From the sequence record SRR31156797_1719: a stretch of 57,020 bases of DNA; one strand, written 5' to 3'. A program made the translations under genes and the position numbers. The notes under the pieces were generated by a model. It was not told the origin of the DNA, did no database searches, and worked only from the letters and a program-made list of their open reading frames with translations. Shown here piece by piece: positions 36,928-48,405 of the stretch (position 1 is the stretch's first letter; every line of letters starts with the position of its first letter).

Positions 36928-37770
36928 TTAATGAAAATCGAATGTGTCTGGATCTGGACCCACTCGTAAGTCTTCATTTAATGCGTTCAAGTGGGCCATG
37001 TCAGCTTCTGATAAATGGAAATCAAAAATCGCTGCATTAGCGATCATTCGCTCAGGGTGTGTCGATTTGACATTGACTAAGATTCCTTGTTGGATAGCCC
37101 AGCGTAAAAGCACTTGTGCCGCTGATTTTTGCTGTGCATCGGCGATCGCCAAGACGGTGTCATCTTTCAGCAGTTTGCCTTGCATCAATGGCGACCAAGC
37201 TTGGATCGCAATTGCTTTTTCAGCACAAAAAGCCCGCAGGTCTTGCTGCGTCAGTTTGGGATGCAGCTCGATCTGATTGATAACAGGAACGACCTTAGCA
37301 TTGGCCAATAATTGCTCCAGATGATGGATTTGAAAGTTGCTGACCCCGATCGCTTTGATTTTTCCTGCCACATAGAGGTCTTCCAAGGCACGCCAGGACT
37401 CTTGAAATGCTTGATTTCCTGGCCAATGGATCAAGTACAAGTCGAGATACTCGAGGTTTAAGCGGGCCAGACTTTCATTGAAGGCGTGGATCGTTTCATC
37501 ATAAGTTAAATGATCGTTCCAAAGTTTGGAAGTGACAAAGAGTTCTTCACGAGCCAACCCCGTTTCTTGTAAGCCTTGTTTGATTCCTGCCCCTGTTCCT
37601 GTTTCATTGCCGTAAATCGCTGCTGTATCAATCAAGCGATAGCCATTGATAATCGCTTGCTTCACGACCTCTGCTGTGTCAGCTTCAGGGATTTGAAAGA
37701 CACCTAACCCCAACCCGGGGATTTCACTGCCGTTGTTCAGGGTGACGGTATCTGATAATTTTTCGATCAT
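36928..37770 (-). CDS. Aldo/keto reductase (YtbE/YvgN-like)
   Basis: GLGVF, IDTAAIYGNE, FVTSKLW, DLYLIHWP, IGVSNF; ATG 37770 after AAAGGAG. Confidence 0.93.
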   Translation of the reverse strand: MIEKLSDTVTLNNGSEIPGLGLGVFQIPEADTAEVVKQAIINGYRLIDTAAIYGNETGTGAGIKQGLQETGLAREELFVTSKLWNDHLTYDETIHAFNESLARLNLEYLDLYLIHWPGNQAFQESWRALEDLYVAGKIKAIGVSNFQIHHLEQLLANAKVVPVINQIELHPKLTQQDLRAFCAEKAIAIQAWSPLMQGKLLKDDTVLAIADAQQKSAAQVLLRWAIQQGILVNVKSTHPERMIANAAIFDFHLSEADMAHLNALNEDLRVGPDPDTFDFH

Positions 37771-37829
37771 AAAAACATCTCCTTTATTTTTTTCTGGTAT
37801 CATCATATAATGAGGTGGTAATACTGTAT

Positions 37830-37839
37830 AGTACGTACT
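37830..37839. promoter_or_regulatory. Palindrome AGTACGTACT, candidate HxlR-family operator
   Basis: Perfect 10-bp palindrome between the divergent AKR and HxlR genes. Confidence 0.5.
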
Positions 37840-37903
37840 TTTTTGTTTGATACCCACCTTTTGGTAACCTTTGTGTGGTATCAAGCGTAATGAGGTGAAA
37901 AAA

Positions 37904-38272
37904 ATGGCAGAAAAAATTTATAATATCGGTGTTGAAGCAACCATGGATGTCATCGGCGGGAAGTGGAAACCAATCATTCTTTGTAATTTACGCCATGGGG
38001 CATTACGTCCCAGTGATTTACGGCGGAAGATCCCTGGCATCAGTCAAAAAATGTTGACCCAGCAATTGCGGGAATTAGAAGAATCTGACATCGTTACTCG
38101 CAAGTCCTATAATCAAGTACCACCTAAAGTTGAGTATTCCTTGAGTGAATATGGAGAAACCTTAGGCGGCTTATTGGATACTCTTTGCCAATGGGGCACG
38201 ATGCACGTTGCTGCACTGCAAGACAAAGGAGAGCAAGTTACTTTGTTAGAACAAGAAGAAGCGATAGTCTAG
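37904..38272 (+). CDS. HxlR/DUF24 winged-helix regulator (YtcD-like)
   Basis: VIGGKWKPIIL, ISQKMLTQQLRELE, QVPPKVEYSL. Confidence 0.92.
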   Translation: MAEKIYNIGVEATMDVIGGKWKPIILCNLRHGALRPSDLRRKIPGISQKMLTQQLRELEESDIVTRKSYNQVPPKVEYSLSEYGETLGGLLDTLCQWGTMHVAALQDKGEQVTLLEQEEAIV

Positions 38273-38334
38273 CAAAGGGAAAGTGGCATGAGAAAAGGCG
38301 GCAGAAACCATTGGTTTCCGTCCGCCTTTTTAGG

Positions 38335-38634
38335 TTATGCTTGTTGGATCAATTCTAGAATGGCCTCAGTATTCATCCCGCTGTAATGATTGACGGGAAA
38401 CGAAAGGCGCTTGATGCGTGGTGGGATGGCCTGCTTGATCATCGGATCTGTTAAAGAAAGCAAGGGATCGACCAAAACGAGTTTTTCTTGCGAAAAACGA
38501 TAATTCGCCAGACGTTCTGGTGTCACAACAGTTACGCTGATTTGATCCTCGGACAGCAGTTGGATGTTGCGGGCGAAAATTTTGATCAGACTTCCAGCCA
38601 AAGTAGAACGATCAATAAAAACGACTTTTTCCAA
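38335..38634 (-). CDS. Small protein resembling a PTS Lac/Cel EIIB domain lacking the catalytic Cys
   Basis: TTG start with AAGGAGG RBS; 99 aa; pattern similarity to EIIB at 20892; terminator at about 38292-38331. Confidence 0.6.
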   Translation of the reverse strand: MEKVVFIDRSTLAGSLIKIFARNIQLLSEDQISVTVVTPERLANYRFSQEKLVLVDPLLSLTDPMIKQAIPPRIKRLSFPVNHYSGMNTEAILELIQQA

Positions 38635-38789
38635 AATGATCCTCCTTATTAATTAAAATGGTTAATTAAGTATATTAATCAAACCGTTCTTTGTAAATAG
38701 GAACATTTGGGAGACAACAAAAAAGCCGCAAAAGATTTTTCTTTTGCAGCTTTTGGTTCGTCTATAAAAAGGTTTGATTCTTTTTTTGA

Positions 38790-40187
38790 TTAAATCACGA
38801 TCACGGGTGTACCGACTTCGGCTTTGCTGTACAATTCTTTCATCACGCCTGGCGGAGTATTGATACAGCCGTGAGAACCACGGGTTTTCCAAAGATCGCC
38901 ACCGTATTCCGTCTGCCAATCAGAATCATGGATACCGACACCGGTCCAATCGATGGGCATCCAGTAATCAACTGGGGACGCATAATCTTCACCAGTCAAG
39001 GTTGCATCTTCTTCTTTGTTCCAGACATAGAAGACACCAGTTGGCGTTGGTGTAGCTGGTTTCCCAGAGATAATTTTTGTATCCAACACCAACTCGCCAT
39101 CTTTGTAATACCACATGTGTTGGTTTTTTAGATCAACTTCGATATAGGTGTTGCCAAACAGCGGACTGCCTGCATCGGTGCTTCCTTGAGCGATCGGTGT
39201 ACGCGTGAAGTCTTCGCCAGCTTTTAACGCCTCGATCAATGCTTCTGTTTCCGCATCGGTTTGGATCGTCCAGCTAAGAGTACCGGCTGGGACTGTCACT
39301 TCGCCTTGCTTGGTACTTTGGAAGGTCGAAGAATTGGTGCTAGTATTGTATTGTTCGCCGATCGATGTGACATAGCTTCTTACTTTGTCTTCGTCGATCG
39401 TTGTGTTGCCGTCTTTATAAGAGAGCCAATCCATGATCGTTTCTCTTGGGATTTGAAACGTATTTCCGTTGATCGTATAATTGCCAGTTACTTTGGCGAT
39501 TTTATTCAGCGAATCCATTTCTTTCGTTAAGTCTGGATCATCGGCGGTCACACTTGGTTTTGTGACATAATCAACGAGATTCAGTTCCTTTTCGCCGCTG
39601 ACGATGGCTTCTTGCAAGTCTGCCACTGCTTTGTCAACATCGATGGCATCGCCGTCAACTTCTGATTTGATAGAAAAGCCGTCTTCGCCTTTTTCCAACG
39701 TGGCATCAGCCGATTTGGTACGATCTTCATTTAAGGTTTCGAGTTCTTTTTGGATCGTGTTGGTCTCGCTAGTCAAGGTGTCTTGGTCTACTGAGAGATT
39801 GTCTAATGTTTTTTCTTCGGCAGCCGAAACGTAAGCCATTCCCCAGCTCCACTGGTTTTGTTCATCTTTTAATGATTGCAGCTCATCGGTGAAATCCGTC
39901 TGCAAACCAAATTGAGCAAGGTTGACTGTTTTCCATTCGCTATCACCATCTTTGATGGTAAAGTCTTCTTGTGAATAGCGATCATGCAGCAGGGCGTTGG
40001 CCTCGGCAACGGTTTTGTTGCTGATGTCGATCCCATCGATTTCAGTCTTTGGTAGAAAACGGTTTGCATAATATGTACTTCGGTAGGTATAGCCGCCAGC
40101 GATCACTACGAGTAAAGCAGCCACAACGATCAGAACAATTTTCTTCGTATTATTCTTGGCGTCAGTATGTTTGTTTGAACGAGTCAT
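38790..40187 (-). CDS. ldt: L,D-transpeptidase (Ldtfm-like), membrane anchored
   Basis: N-terminal TM; YIEVDLKNQHM, TPTGVF, GIHD...GSHGCIN catalytic motif. Confidence 0.92.
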   Translation of the reverse strand: MTRSNKHTDAKNNTKKIVLIVVAALLVVIAGGYTYRSTYYANRFLPKTEIDGIDISNKTVAEANALLHDRYSQEDFTIKDGDSEWKTVNLAQFGLQTDFTDELQSLKDEQNQWSWGMAYVSAAEEKTLDNLSVDQDTLTSETNTIQKELETLNEDRTKSADATLEKGEDGFSIKSEVDGDAIDVDKAVADLQEAIVSGEKELNLVDYVTKPSVTADDPDLTKEMDSLNKIAKVTGNYTINGNTFQIPRETIMDWLSYKDGNTTIDEDKVRSYVTSIGEQYNTSTNSSTFQSTKQGEVTVPAGTLSWTIQTDAETEALIEALKAGEDFTRTPIAQGSTDAGSPLFGNTYIEVDLKNQHMWYYKDGELVLDTKIISGKPATPTPTGVFYVWNKEEDATLTGEDYASPVDYWMPIDWTGVGIHDSDWQTEYGGDLWKTRGSHGCINTPPGVMKELYSKAEVGTPVIVI

Positions 40188-40471
40188 TCAACTACTCCTT
40201 TTTTCTAATGGCATAATAGATAATAACGCTTAAATCATACCATATTCCCACGGGAAAGCGAATATGGCAAATGAAACTTCCATGAAAAATAGAAAATTCT
40301 TAAACTATCTTTAGGCAAGCTGTAGAAACGCATTTCTTACGATAAAAAAACTGAACGAATCGGCAGCAAGCCATCTTGATCAAAGGGTTCTGAAAAAGAG
40401 TGAGCTGGAGGATTCGTTCAGTCGCATAATTGACTAACTAAAATTGACTATTTAACACGAGGGAAAAGAAA

Positions 40472-41455
40472 TTATTGATTGTCTTCCGCATCTAATTTTG
40501 CAAAAGCTTCATCAAGAATATCTTTTAATTGTTTTGCCGAAGCGGCCATCCGGTCTTTTTCACCATCTGTTAATGGGATCTCAATTACTTTTTGAATCCC
40601 TTGGGCATTGATGACTGCAGGCGCACCGATGTACAAGTCGTTTAAGCCGTATTCGCCGTTCATGTACACAGATAATGGGAGAACAGCATTTTCATCGTCT
40701 AAGATCGCACGAGTGATCCGTGCTAAGGCTACCGCGATCCCGTAGAAGGTCGCACCTTTTTTCTCGATGATGGTGTAGGCTGCATCACGAACACTAAAGA
40801 AAATGTTGACCATTGCTTCTTCATCGATGTCTGGGTTGTTTTTGACCCATTCATAGATTTGTAGGCCAGCTACGTTGGCATGAGACCAAACAGGGAATTC
40901 TGAATCGCCGTGTTCCCCTAAGATATAGGCATGGACGTTACGGGCATCGACATCGACCAATTCAGCCAATGCTTGACGGAAACGGGCAGAGTCTAATGAG
41001 GTACCTGAACCGATAACGCGTTCTTTCGGGAAGCCTGAGAATTTCCAAGTAGAATAAGTCAAAATATCGACTGGGTTTGCTGCAACTAAGAAAATTCCGT
41101 TAAAGCCTGAATCAACGATTTGGGTAACTACTTCACGGTTGATTTTCAAGTTTTTATGAACTAAGTCTAAACGGGTTTCGCCTGGTTTTTGAGGCGCACC
41201 AGCAGTAATAACGACTAAATCAGCATCATGTGCATCTTCATAAGAAGCGGCATAGATTTTTTTAGGGGAAGTAAATGCCAAAGCATGGGACAAGTCAATT
41301 GCGTCGCCTTCTGTTTTTGCTGTATTTATATCAATGATTCCGACTTCTTGCGCAATGTTTTGGGTCACCAGCGCAAACGCGTAACTAGAACCAACCGCAC
41401 CGTCTCCAACAAGAATTACCTTTTGGTGATCTTTTTTGTTCGTTTTTGCAGTCAT
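40472..41455 (-). CDS. ldh: L-lactate dehydrogenase
   Basis: [30 protein letters not shown]. Confidence 0.97.
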   Translation of the reverse strand: MTAKTNKKDHQKVILVGDGAVGSSYAFALVTQNIAQEVGIIDINTAKTEGDAIDLSHALAFTSPKKIYAASYEDAHDADLVVITAGAPQKPGETRLDLVHKNLKINREVVTQIVDSGFNGIFLVAANPVDILTYSTWKFSGFPKERVIGSGTSLDSARFRQALAELVDVDARNVHAYILGEHGDSEFPVWSHANVAGLQIYEWVKNNPDIDEEAMVNIFFSVRDAAYTIIEKKGATFYGIAVALARITRAILDDENAVLPLSVYMNGEYGLNDLYIGAPAVINAQGIQKVIEIPLTDGEKDRMAASAKQLKDILDEAFAKLDAEDNQ

Positions 41456-41810
41456 CTGTGTATCATTCCTTCCGCATAATTGTTTTACTCGCTATCATCC
41501 TACCATTTTCAAGTATGTTTGTCATGTGATTTGCACAACAATATTACACAAAATATCGCTGTTTCAGTTGTAAATGCTTTCTTTGTTATTACGTCAAAAA
41601 GAAGATATATCAAGGTTTTATTAAGATTCGTTAAGAAAGATAAAAACTGAGCAAGAGGGCGCCACCATAACAGTCCATTTCGTGTTATAATTACCTAAGC
41701 AAAAGAACTGGGCGCATTTGTGTGCCCAGTATTTTGTGTTTGGATAAGAAAACCGATAAAATAGATGAAGAATCAGCTTGAAACTAGAAATAATGGAGCG
41801 TAAATAAAAA

Positions 41811-42371
41811 ATGAAAATGATTGTAGGCTTGGGAAATCCTGGCAAAAAATATGAAAAAACCAAACATAATGTTGGCTTTATGGTAGTGGATGCGTTGGCA
41901 CAAAAGTACCAAGCAACCTTTAAAAAGTCGGCTTTTGAAGCAGAGGTGGCAGAGTTTTTCTTGAAGGGTGAAAAAATCCTTTTGGTCAAACCACAAACCT
42001 TCATGAATGAATCGGGTCGTGCAGTAGGCCCGTTGATGACCTATTTTGGTATCTACCAAGAAGAACTAGTGGTGGTCTATGATGACCTCGATTTAGCATT
42101 AGGGAAAATTCGTTTGCGCCAAAAAGGCAGTGCAGGTGGCCACAATGGGATCAAGAGTTTGATCGCTCATTTGGATTCAACAGTCTTTGACCGGATCAAA
42201 ATCGGGATCGATCGTCCACGTCCAGGACAAACCGTGGTCAATCATGTCCTGAGTCCTTTTGCAAAAGACGATCTGCCCATCGTTTTACAAAGTATTGATA
42301 AAGCGGTCGAGGCAAGTAGTGATTACTTGACCAACGGCGACTTTCTTGCCACAATGAATCGATTTAACTAA
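41811..42371 (+). CDS. pth: Peptidyl-tRNA hydrolase
   Basis: [27 protein letters not shown]. Confidence 0.97.
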   Translation: MKMIVGLGNPGKKYEKTKHNVGFMVVDALAQKYQATFKKSAFEAEVAEFFLKGEKILLVKPQTFMNESGRAVGPLMTYFGIYQEELVVVYDDLDLALGKIRLRQKGSAGGHNGIKSLIAHLDSTVFDRIKIGIDRPRPGQTVVNHVLSPFAKDDLPIVLQSIDKAVEASSDYLTNGDFLATMNRFN

Positions 42372-42382
42372 GGAGGGCCGAG

Positions 42383-45300
42383 ATGGATTTAATTGAATTA
42401 ATAAATAAAGTGCCGACAGTGGCGGCTTGGCATACAGGTTTACGTGAACAGGCCCCCCGGCAATTACTGACCGGTCTAGCTGGATCGGCAAAAACATTAG
42501 CGATCACTGGTGTGTATCAGGCATTTCAAAAACAAGTGATCGTCGTGACACCTAATCTCTATTATACAAATCAACTAGCCGAAGATCTGCGCAATGTGAC
42601 GGAAGATGTCTACGTTTTTCCAGTGGATGAAGTGTTGTCAGCCGAAATGGCTTTTTCTTCACCAGAAGCCAGAGAAGAACGCGTGGCAGCGCTGAATGCT
42701 GTTTCTCAAGGGAAAACGGGGATCTATGTGTTGCCGGTGGCGGCTTTGCGAAAGTATTTGCCTGAAAAGAAAACCTGGTTAGCCAATCAATTTCAATGGC
42801 AGATCGGCGATGAGATCGATTTAGAGCGTTTGCCGCAACAATTGATCTTGATGGGTTACGAACGTCAGTCAATGATTGGCAAACCTGGCGAATTCAGTAT
42901 TCGTGGGAGCATCCTCGATATTTATCCATTAAACGCCGAATATCCCGTACGGATCGAGTTATTCGATGTAGAAATCGACTCGATGCGTTCTTTCAACGTG
43001 GAAACGCAACGCTCAGTGGAAACGCTGCAGCAAGTGGCTATTTTACCCACTACTGAATTGGTTTTCTCAGCGGAAGATTTAGCTGCGGGGCAAAAGCAGC
43101 TGCAAGAATTATTGAACAAACGGTTGGCAGTCACCAAAGAAGCAACCGATCGCGCCTTTTTAGAAGATTATTTTGGTCAGTTGGCTTCTCAATGGCAAGC
43201 AGGGATTCCTGGTGAAAGTGCCCGTTACTACACGGATTTACTGTATCGTCAGCAAACGAGTGTCTTAGATTATTTTTCTGAAGATGCCTTTTTGATGATC
43301 GATGATTATGCTCGGATCATGGAGACCAATCGTGAGATCGAACGGGAAGAGGCGGAGTGGCATACCCAAAAATTAGCGGAGCTACGGGTTTTTTCTGAAC
43401 AGCAATTCGGGATCGATGTCCATCAGCTGCTGCAAAAAGAAACCTTTGTGACCAGCTTCTTTTCTTTATTCCAAAAAGGAATGGGGAACATTCGCTTCCA
43501 AGCGATCCATCAATTCCAATACCGGCCGATGCAGCAGTTTTTCAGCCAAATGGGTCTCTTGAAAGTTGAAATCGATCGCTGGGAGAAGCAGCAGCAGACG
43601 GTGATTTTTCTGGTCAGTGATCAAGAGCGGGCCAAGAAGTTAGAGCAAGATCTGCGAGATCATGATATCTATGCCGTGCAGACGCAACAAGACCGCCTGT
43701 TTACGGGACGCACCCAAATCGTGGTGGAACGTTTGCAAAGCGGCTTTGAAATGCCGCAAGACAAGCTAGTGGTGGTTACAGAAAAAGAAATTTTCCAAAA
43801 GATGAACAAAAAAAGAGCCCGCCGGCAAAATGTCACCAATGCGGAACGTCTCAAAAGCTACAATGAGTTAAAAACCGGCGATTATGTCGTCCATGCGAAT
43901 CATGGGATCGGGAAGTACATCGGCATGGAAACCTTAGAAGTCGATGGCGTCCATCAAGATTACATGACGATCTTGTACCAAAACGAAGACAAGCTCTTTA
44001 TTCCAGTCACCCAATTGAATTTGATTCAAAAATATGTGGCTTCCGAATCGAAAACACCGAAAATCAATAAATTAGGCGGCAGTGAGTGGGCGAAGACCAA
44101 GCGCAAAGTGACGGCTAAAATTGAAGACATCGCAGATGATTTGATTTTATTGTATGCCAAACGCGAATCAGAAAAAGGCTATGCCTTTCAACCAGACGAT
44201 GCCTATCAAAAAGAATTTGAAGATGCCTTTCCTTATTCGGAAACCGATGATCAGCTGCGCAGTACGGCAGAGATCAAGCGGGATATGGAAAAAGAAAAGC
44301 CGATGGACCGTTTGTTAGTTGGAGATGTCGGTTTTGGGAAAACAGAAGTGGCGCTGCGGGCTGCTTTTAAAGCGATCAAAGAAAGCAAACAAGTGGCTTT
44401 CTTAGTGCCGACAACGATCTTGGCACAGCAGCACTATGAAACGATGGTCGATCGTTTTGAAGGCTTCCCCGTCAATGTTGGGGTGCTGAGTCGTTTTCGG
44501 ACGAAAAAACAGCAGAATGAAACGATCGAGCAAGTGCGCAAAGGGCAAGTCGATATTTTGGTGGGGACCCACCGATTATTGTCAAAAGATGTCGAGTTTG
44601 CTGATTTGGGCTTGTTGGTGATCGATGAAGAACAACGTTTTGGGGTCAAACACAAAGAGCGCTTGAAACAACTGCGTTCGCAAGTCGATGTGTTGACGTT
44701 GACGGCAACGCCGATCCCAAGAACATTGCATATGTCGATGCTGGGCGTGCGGGACCTATCTGTGATCGAAACACCACCGGAAAATCGTTACCCGATCCAA
44801 ACCTATGTGATGGAGATGAATCCAGGAGCGGTGCGAGAAGCGATCCAACGGGAGATGGCACGCGGGGGCCAAGTGTTTTATCTCTATAATCGTGTCGATA
44901 CGATCGAGCGAAAAGTCGAAGAACTGCAGGCGTTAGTGCCAGATGCACGAATCGCTTATGCCCACGGGCAAATGACCGAGATCCAATTGGAAAATACCCT
45001 GTTTGACTTTATTGAAGGGCAATACGATGTGTTGGTGACGACGACGATCATTGAAACCGGTGTGGATATTCCCAATGCCAATACGTTGTTTGTGGAAAAT
45101 GCCGATTACATGGGGCTTTCGACGTTGTATCAGTTGCGTGGCCGTGTCGGTCGGAGCAATCGAGTCGCTTATGCGTATTTCATGTATGAACAGCAAAAAG
45201 TGTTGAACGAAGTCAGTGAAAAACGTCTGCAAGCCATTAAGGACTTTACGGAGTTAGGTTCAGGATTCAAAATCGCGATGCGAGATCTTTCGATTCGTGG

Positions 45301-45901
45301 GGCAGGAAATCTATTGGGGGCGCAACAGCACGGCTTTATCGATGCAGTCGGGTTTGACATGTACTCACAAATGCTGTCGGAAGCAGTCACTCGTAAACAA
45401 GGGAAAAATACCCAAACAGAAAAAACGACCGTTGAGATCGATCTGGGGATCGATGCCTACTTACCGACTTCGTATATTGAAGACGAACGGCAAAAAATCG
45501 AGATCTATAAACGAATTCGTGAGCTGGAATCACAAGAAGCAGTTGATGAACTTCAAGATGATTTATTAGACCGTTTCGGAGAATACCCTGTAGAAGTGGC
45601 GCACCTCTTAACGGTGGGCGAGATCAAAATGAACGGCGATCGTGCCTTGTTAGAAACTATCCGCAAGCAGCAACAAACCGTGTCGTTTACTTTGAGTAAA
45701 GTAGGCACGAAAAATTATTCGGTGGAGCAGCTGTTTGAAGCATTGAAAGCTACTAAATTAAAAGCCACGATGGGTGTCGATCATGAGCAAATGACCATCA
45801 AATTACAGATTCCGCCAGTGATGAAAGAAAGCACCTGGCTATTAGAAATCCAAGATTTTGTCAAAGCGTTACGGGAACAAAAATACGCCAGCCAAGGCTA
45901 G
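42383..45901 (+). CDS. mfd: Transcription-repair coupling factor
   Basis: UvrB homology, RID, GDVGFGKT, DEEQRFGV, TRG motif. Confidence 0.98.
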   Translation: MDLIELINKVPTVAAWHTGLREQAPRQLLTGLAGSAKTLAITGVYQAFQKQVIVVTPNLYYTNQLAEDLRNVTEDVYVFPVDEVLSAEMAFSSPEAREERVAALNAVSQGKTGIYVLPVAALRKYLPEKKTWLANQFQWQIGDEIDLERLPQQLILMGYERQSMIGKPGEFSIRGSILDIYPLNAEYPVRIELFDVEIDSMRSFNVETQRSVETLQQVAILPTTELVFSAEDLAAGQKQLQELLNKRLAVTKEATDRAFLEDYFGQLASQWQAGIPGESARYYTDLLYRQQTSVLDYFSEDAFLMIDDYARIMETNREIEREEAEWHTQKLAELRVFSEQQFGIDVHQLLQKETFVTSFFSLFQKGMGNIRFQAIHQFQYRPMQQFFSQMGLLKVEIDRWEKQQQTVIFLVSDQERAKKLEQDLRDHDIYAVQTQQDRLFTGRTQIVVERLQSGFEMPQDKLVVVTEKEIFQKMNKKRARRQNVTNAERLKSYNELKTGDYVVHANHGIGKYIGMETLEVDGVHQDYMTILYQNEDKLFIPVTQLNLIQKYVASESKTPKINKLGGSEWAKTKRKVTAKIEDIADDLILLYAKRESEKGYAFQPDDAYQKEFEDAFPYSETDDQLRSTAEIKRDMEKEKPMDRLLVGDVGFGKTEVALRAAFKAIKESKQVAFLVPTTILAQQHYETMVDRFEGFPVNVGVLSRFRTKKQQNETIEQVRKGQVDILVGTHRLLSKDVEFADLGLLVIDEEQRFGVKHKERLKQLRSQVDVLTLTATPIPRTLHMSMLGVRDLSVIETPPENRYPIQTYVMEMNPGAVREAIQREMARGGQVFYLYNRVDTIERKVEELQALVPDARIAYAHGQMTEIQLENTLFDFIEGQYDVLVTTTIIETGVDIPNANTLFVENADYMGLSTLYQLRGRVGRSNRVAYAYFMYEQQKVLNEVSEKRLQAIKDFTELGSGFKIAMRDLSIRGAGNLLGAQQHGFIDAVGFDMYSQMLSEAVTRKQGKNTQTEKTTVEIDLGIDAYLPTSYIEDERQKIEIYKRIRELESQEAVDELQDDLLDRFGEYPVEVAHLLTVGEIKMNGDRALLETIRKQQQTVSFTLSKVGTKNYSVEQLFEALKATKLKATMGVDHEQMTIKLQIPPVMKESTWLLEIQDFVKALREQKYASQG

Positions 45902-45916
45902 AAAGGAACCAGAGGG

Positions 45917-47548
45917 ATGCCGAAATCACAATTGAAGCGTACGATGGAAGGGGCGTTTATTTTAACGATCGCTTCCTTTATCGCAAAAATCTTAAGTGCC
46001 GTTTATCGGGTCCCTTTTCAGAACCTGGTAGGCGACGAAGGGTTTTATGTGTATCAACAGGTCTATCCGATTTATGGATTGGCAATGACTTTGGCGTTGT
46101 CAGGTTTGCCGCAGTTTATCTCCCGCATTGTTGCTGAAGAACCTGATCCTTTGAAAAGCAAGGAGCGGCTGCAAGCGTTGACGTCTTATGTGCTTTGGTC
46201 GGCGATTGGCTTATGGGCTGTGACCTTTTTATTTGCCGGTCCAATCGCGCAAGTGATGGGGGACCATCAACTGGCAGGCTTGATTCGAGTCGTTTCCTTT
46301 ACCTTTTTGTTTGTCCCACCCTTGACCTTTTATCGAGGAATGTTTCAAGGAAATCTACAAATGGTGCCAACCGCAGTGTCTCAAGTTGTAGAGCAGCTGC
46401 TTAGAGTTGGTGTGATTTTAGGTGCTGCGGCAGCTTTCCAGCAATTGGGCTGGACGATTTATCAAACGGGGACTGTCGCCATGATGGGTGCCTTAGTCGG
46501 GGGCCTTGCGGCGTGGTGGATTTTAAGTTATTATAGCCGACAAATCAACGGCAAACGCCTATCGCTATGGCATAAACCAGTCACCCGTACAGGAGAAAAT
46601 ACCGCTGGTTTATCCGCCTCGTTGAAAAAACGGTTCTTCTTAGAAGGCGGTCTGTTGACGATTTATAGCGGCTATTTGATCTTGTTCCAGTTAGCGGATT
46701 CGTTTTTATTGACCAATGCGCTAGAAGCGGGGGGATTGACGGCACAAGCAGCCCGGATTTCGAAAGGGATCTATGATCGCGGACAACCCCTCGTCCAACT
46801 AGGTCTTGTGGTGGCGATGGCGTTAAGCTCGACGTTTTTGCCAACGTTGACCAAGTATTTGACGGTAAAAAATCAGCAGCTGTTTGAAAAGTCGGCAAAA
46901 ATGTATTTGCGCCTAACGATCGGGATTGCTTCGGCTTCTGCGGTAGGGTTAGCGATTTTGCTGCCTTATATCAACTTTGCTTTATTTAAAGACGGATCTG
47001 GCAATGCGGCGCTGGTATTGTTTGTCTTTTCCATCGCTCTGATGGCGACGATCCAAGCCTATCAAAGCATTCAACAAAGTCGCAATACCTATACCTTCGG
47101 CTTGCTCGCTGCGGGAATTGGTCTTTTAGTCAAATGTCTATCGATGTGGCCGCTGACCGCTTCTTATGGGACTGCAGGAGCAAGTATCAGTACGCTGTTG
47201 GGGTTAGGCGCGACCTTATGCTGTTTTGTGGTTTCCGAACAGCGTCGAGCACAAAGTAGCATCAATCGCTTTTGGTATGAAGGAAATTATGGAAAAAAAT
47301 TATTTCTTTGTTTAGGGATCATGGCAAGCGTGCTATTCTTATATTATAGCTTCGTTGCGATCTTATTGAACGGTCCTTTGACCCATCGACTACAGGCGCT
47401 GATTTTTTGCCTAGGCGGTGTCGGTTTGGGAGGCGCAGCCTTTATCGGGGCAGCGATCAAAATCAAATTGTTAACGATTCGCGAATGGCTGTTAGTTCCA
47501 TTTGGAAAGAAACTATTAAGAAGAGGTGAAAAACATGAGATTAGATAA
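45917..47548 (+). CDS. yabM: MOP-superfamily flippase / polysaccharide biosynthesis protein (YabM-like)
   Basis: [32 protein letters not shown]; follows mfd. Confidence 0.85.
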   Translation: MPKSQLKRTMEGAFILTIASFIAKILSAVYRVPFQNLVGDEGFYVYQQVYPIYGLAMTLALSGLPQFISRIVAEEPDPLKSKERLQALTSYVLWSAIGLWAVTFLFAGPIAQVMGDHQLAGLIRVVSFTFLFVPPLTFYRGMFQGNLQMVPTAVSQVVEQLLRVGVILGAAAAFQQLGWTIYQTGTVAMMGALVGGLAAWWILSYYSRQINGKRLSLWHKPVTRTGENTAGLSASLKKRFFLEGGLLTIYSGYLILFQLADSFLLTNALEAGGLTAQAARISKGIYDRGQPLVQLGLVVAMALSSTFLPTLTKYLTVKNQQLFEKSAKMYLRLTIGIASASAVGLAILLPYINFALFKDGSGNAALVLFVFSIALMATIQAYQSIQQSRNTYTFGLLAAGIGLLVKCLSMWPLTASYGTAGASISTLLGLGATLCCFVVSEQRRAQSSINRFWYEGNYGKKLFLCLGIMASVLFLYYSFVAILLNGPLTHRLQALIFCLGGVGLGGAAFIGAAIKIKLLTIREWLLVPFGKKLLRRGEKHEIR

Positions 47549-47801
47549 ATTTCTTAAAATCTCCCGCATCATCAAGCGTCGCTCTGTGGCCAAAGAAGTG
47601 GCAGACAAGGGACGCATTCAGATCAACGGCAAATTAGCCAAGTCAAGCAGTGACGTCAAAGTAGGCGATACTATGCGTATTCAGTTCGGGAATAAGGTCT
47701 TGGAAGTAAAAGTCAATGAATTGCATGAATCGACGAAAAAAGAAGACGCTGCAAAAATGTATGAGATTGTTTCAGAGGAAAGAATCTCAGAAAATGCTTG
47801 A
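47535..47801 (+). CDS. yabO: S4-domain RNA-binding protein YabO/RqcP
   Basis: [21 protein letters not shown]. Confidence 0.92.
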   Translation: MRLDKFLKISRIIKRRSVAKEVADKGRIQINGKLAKSSSDVKVGDTMRIQFGNKVLEVKVNELHESTKKEDAAKMYEIVSEERISENA

Positions 47802-47884
47802 TTTTTACGGCATTTTCAGTTAGACAAGCTTTGCGGATGTTGGTATAATGTAAAAAACAAAGACAGCGACGGGAGCGAGTTCAG

Positions 47885-48331
47885 GTGGCAAAAGAATCAA
47901 ATAAAAAAATAGAACTATTGCAGACCGATTATGCGAAAGAGCAATTTGCCAAGTTTGAAAAAGAGCGGCGGCAAGTCGTGTTTCGCCGACGTCGGCTGGT
48001 GGCGTTTTTCGTGGCGGCATTAGCGATATTTGCAGTCGTGGGGATTCAGATGTTTAACGACCAAATGCGCCTGCAAAAACTAAAGGAATACAAGGCGGAA
48101 ACAGTCGCCGAACAAAAAGAAGCTGAACAAAAAGTGGCTTCATTGGAGCGAGATGTTGCCTTATTGCAAGACGATGAGTATGTGGCAAAATTGGCCCGCA
48201 GCCGATTCTTCTACTCAAAAGATGGCGAAAAAATTTATCCTGTCTTGCCAGATGGAACGGATTCTCAAAACACTAATGAGCGTTCTGCGCAAAGCGAACA
48301 AGAATCATCATCCACAGAGTCACAAGATTAA
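47885..48331 (+). CDS. divIC: Septum formation initiator DivIC (FtsB family)
   Basis: RRRRL + TM + coiled coil + DDEYVAKLAR; synteny. Confidence 0.9.
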   Translation: MAKESNKKIELLQTDYAKEQFAKFEKERRQVVFRRRRLVAFFVAALAIFAVVGIQMFNDQMRLQKLKEYKAETVAEQKEAEQKVASLERDVALLQDDEYVAKLARSRFFYSKDGEKIYPVLPDGTDSQNTNERSAQSEQESSSTESQD

Positions 48332-48405
48332 GCAATGTCATACCTACTCAGCGCAGTAGTTTGAATTATTTTAAATGGGTAAAAATTAGGAGGAACATTT
48401 TTTAT

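Noticed and set aside
41519-41583. Rex and cre sites upstream of ldh
   Set aside because: Only half-site matches to the Rex consensus; TGTAAATGCTTTCT is cre-like but too weak to call
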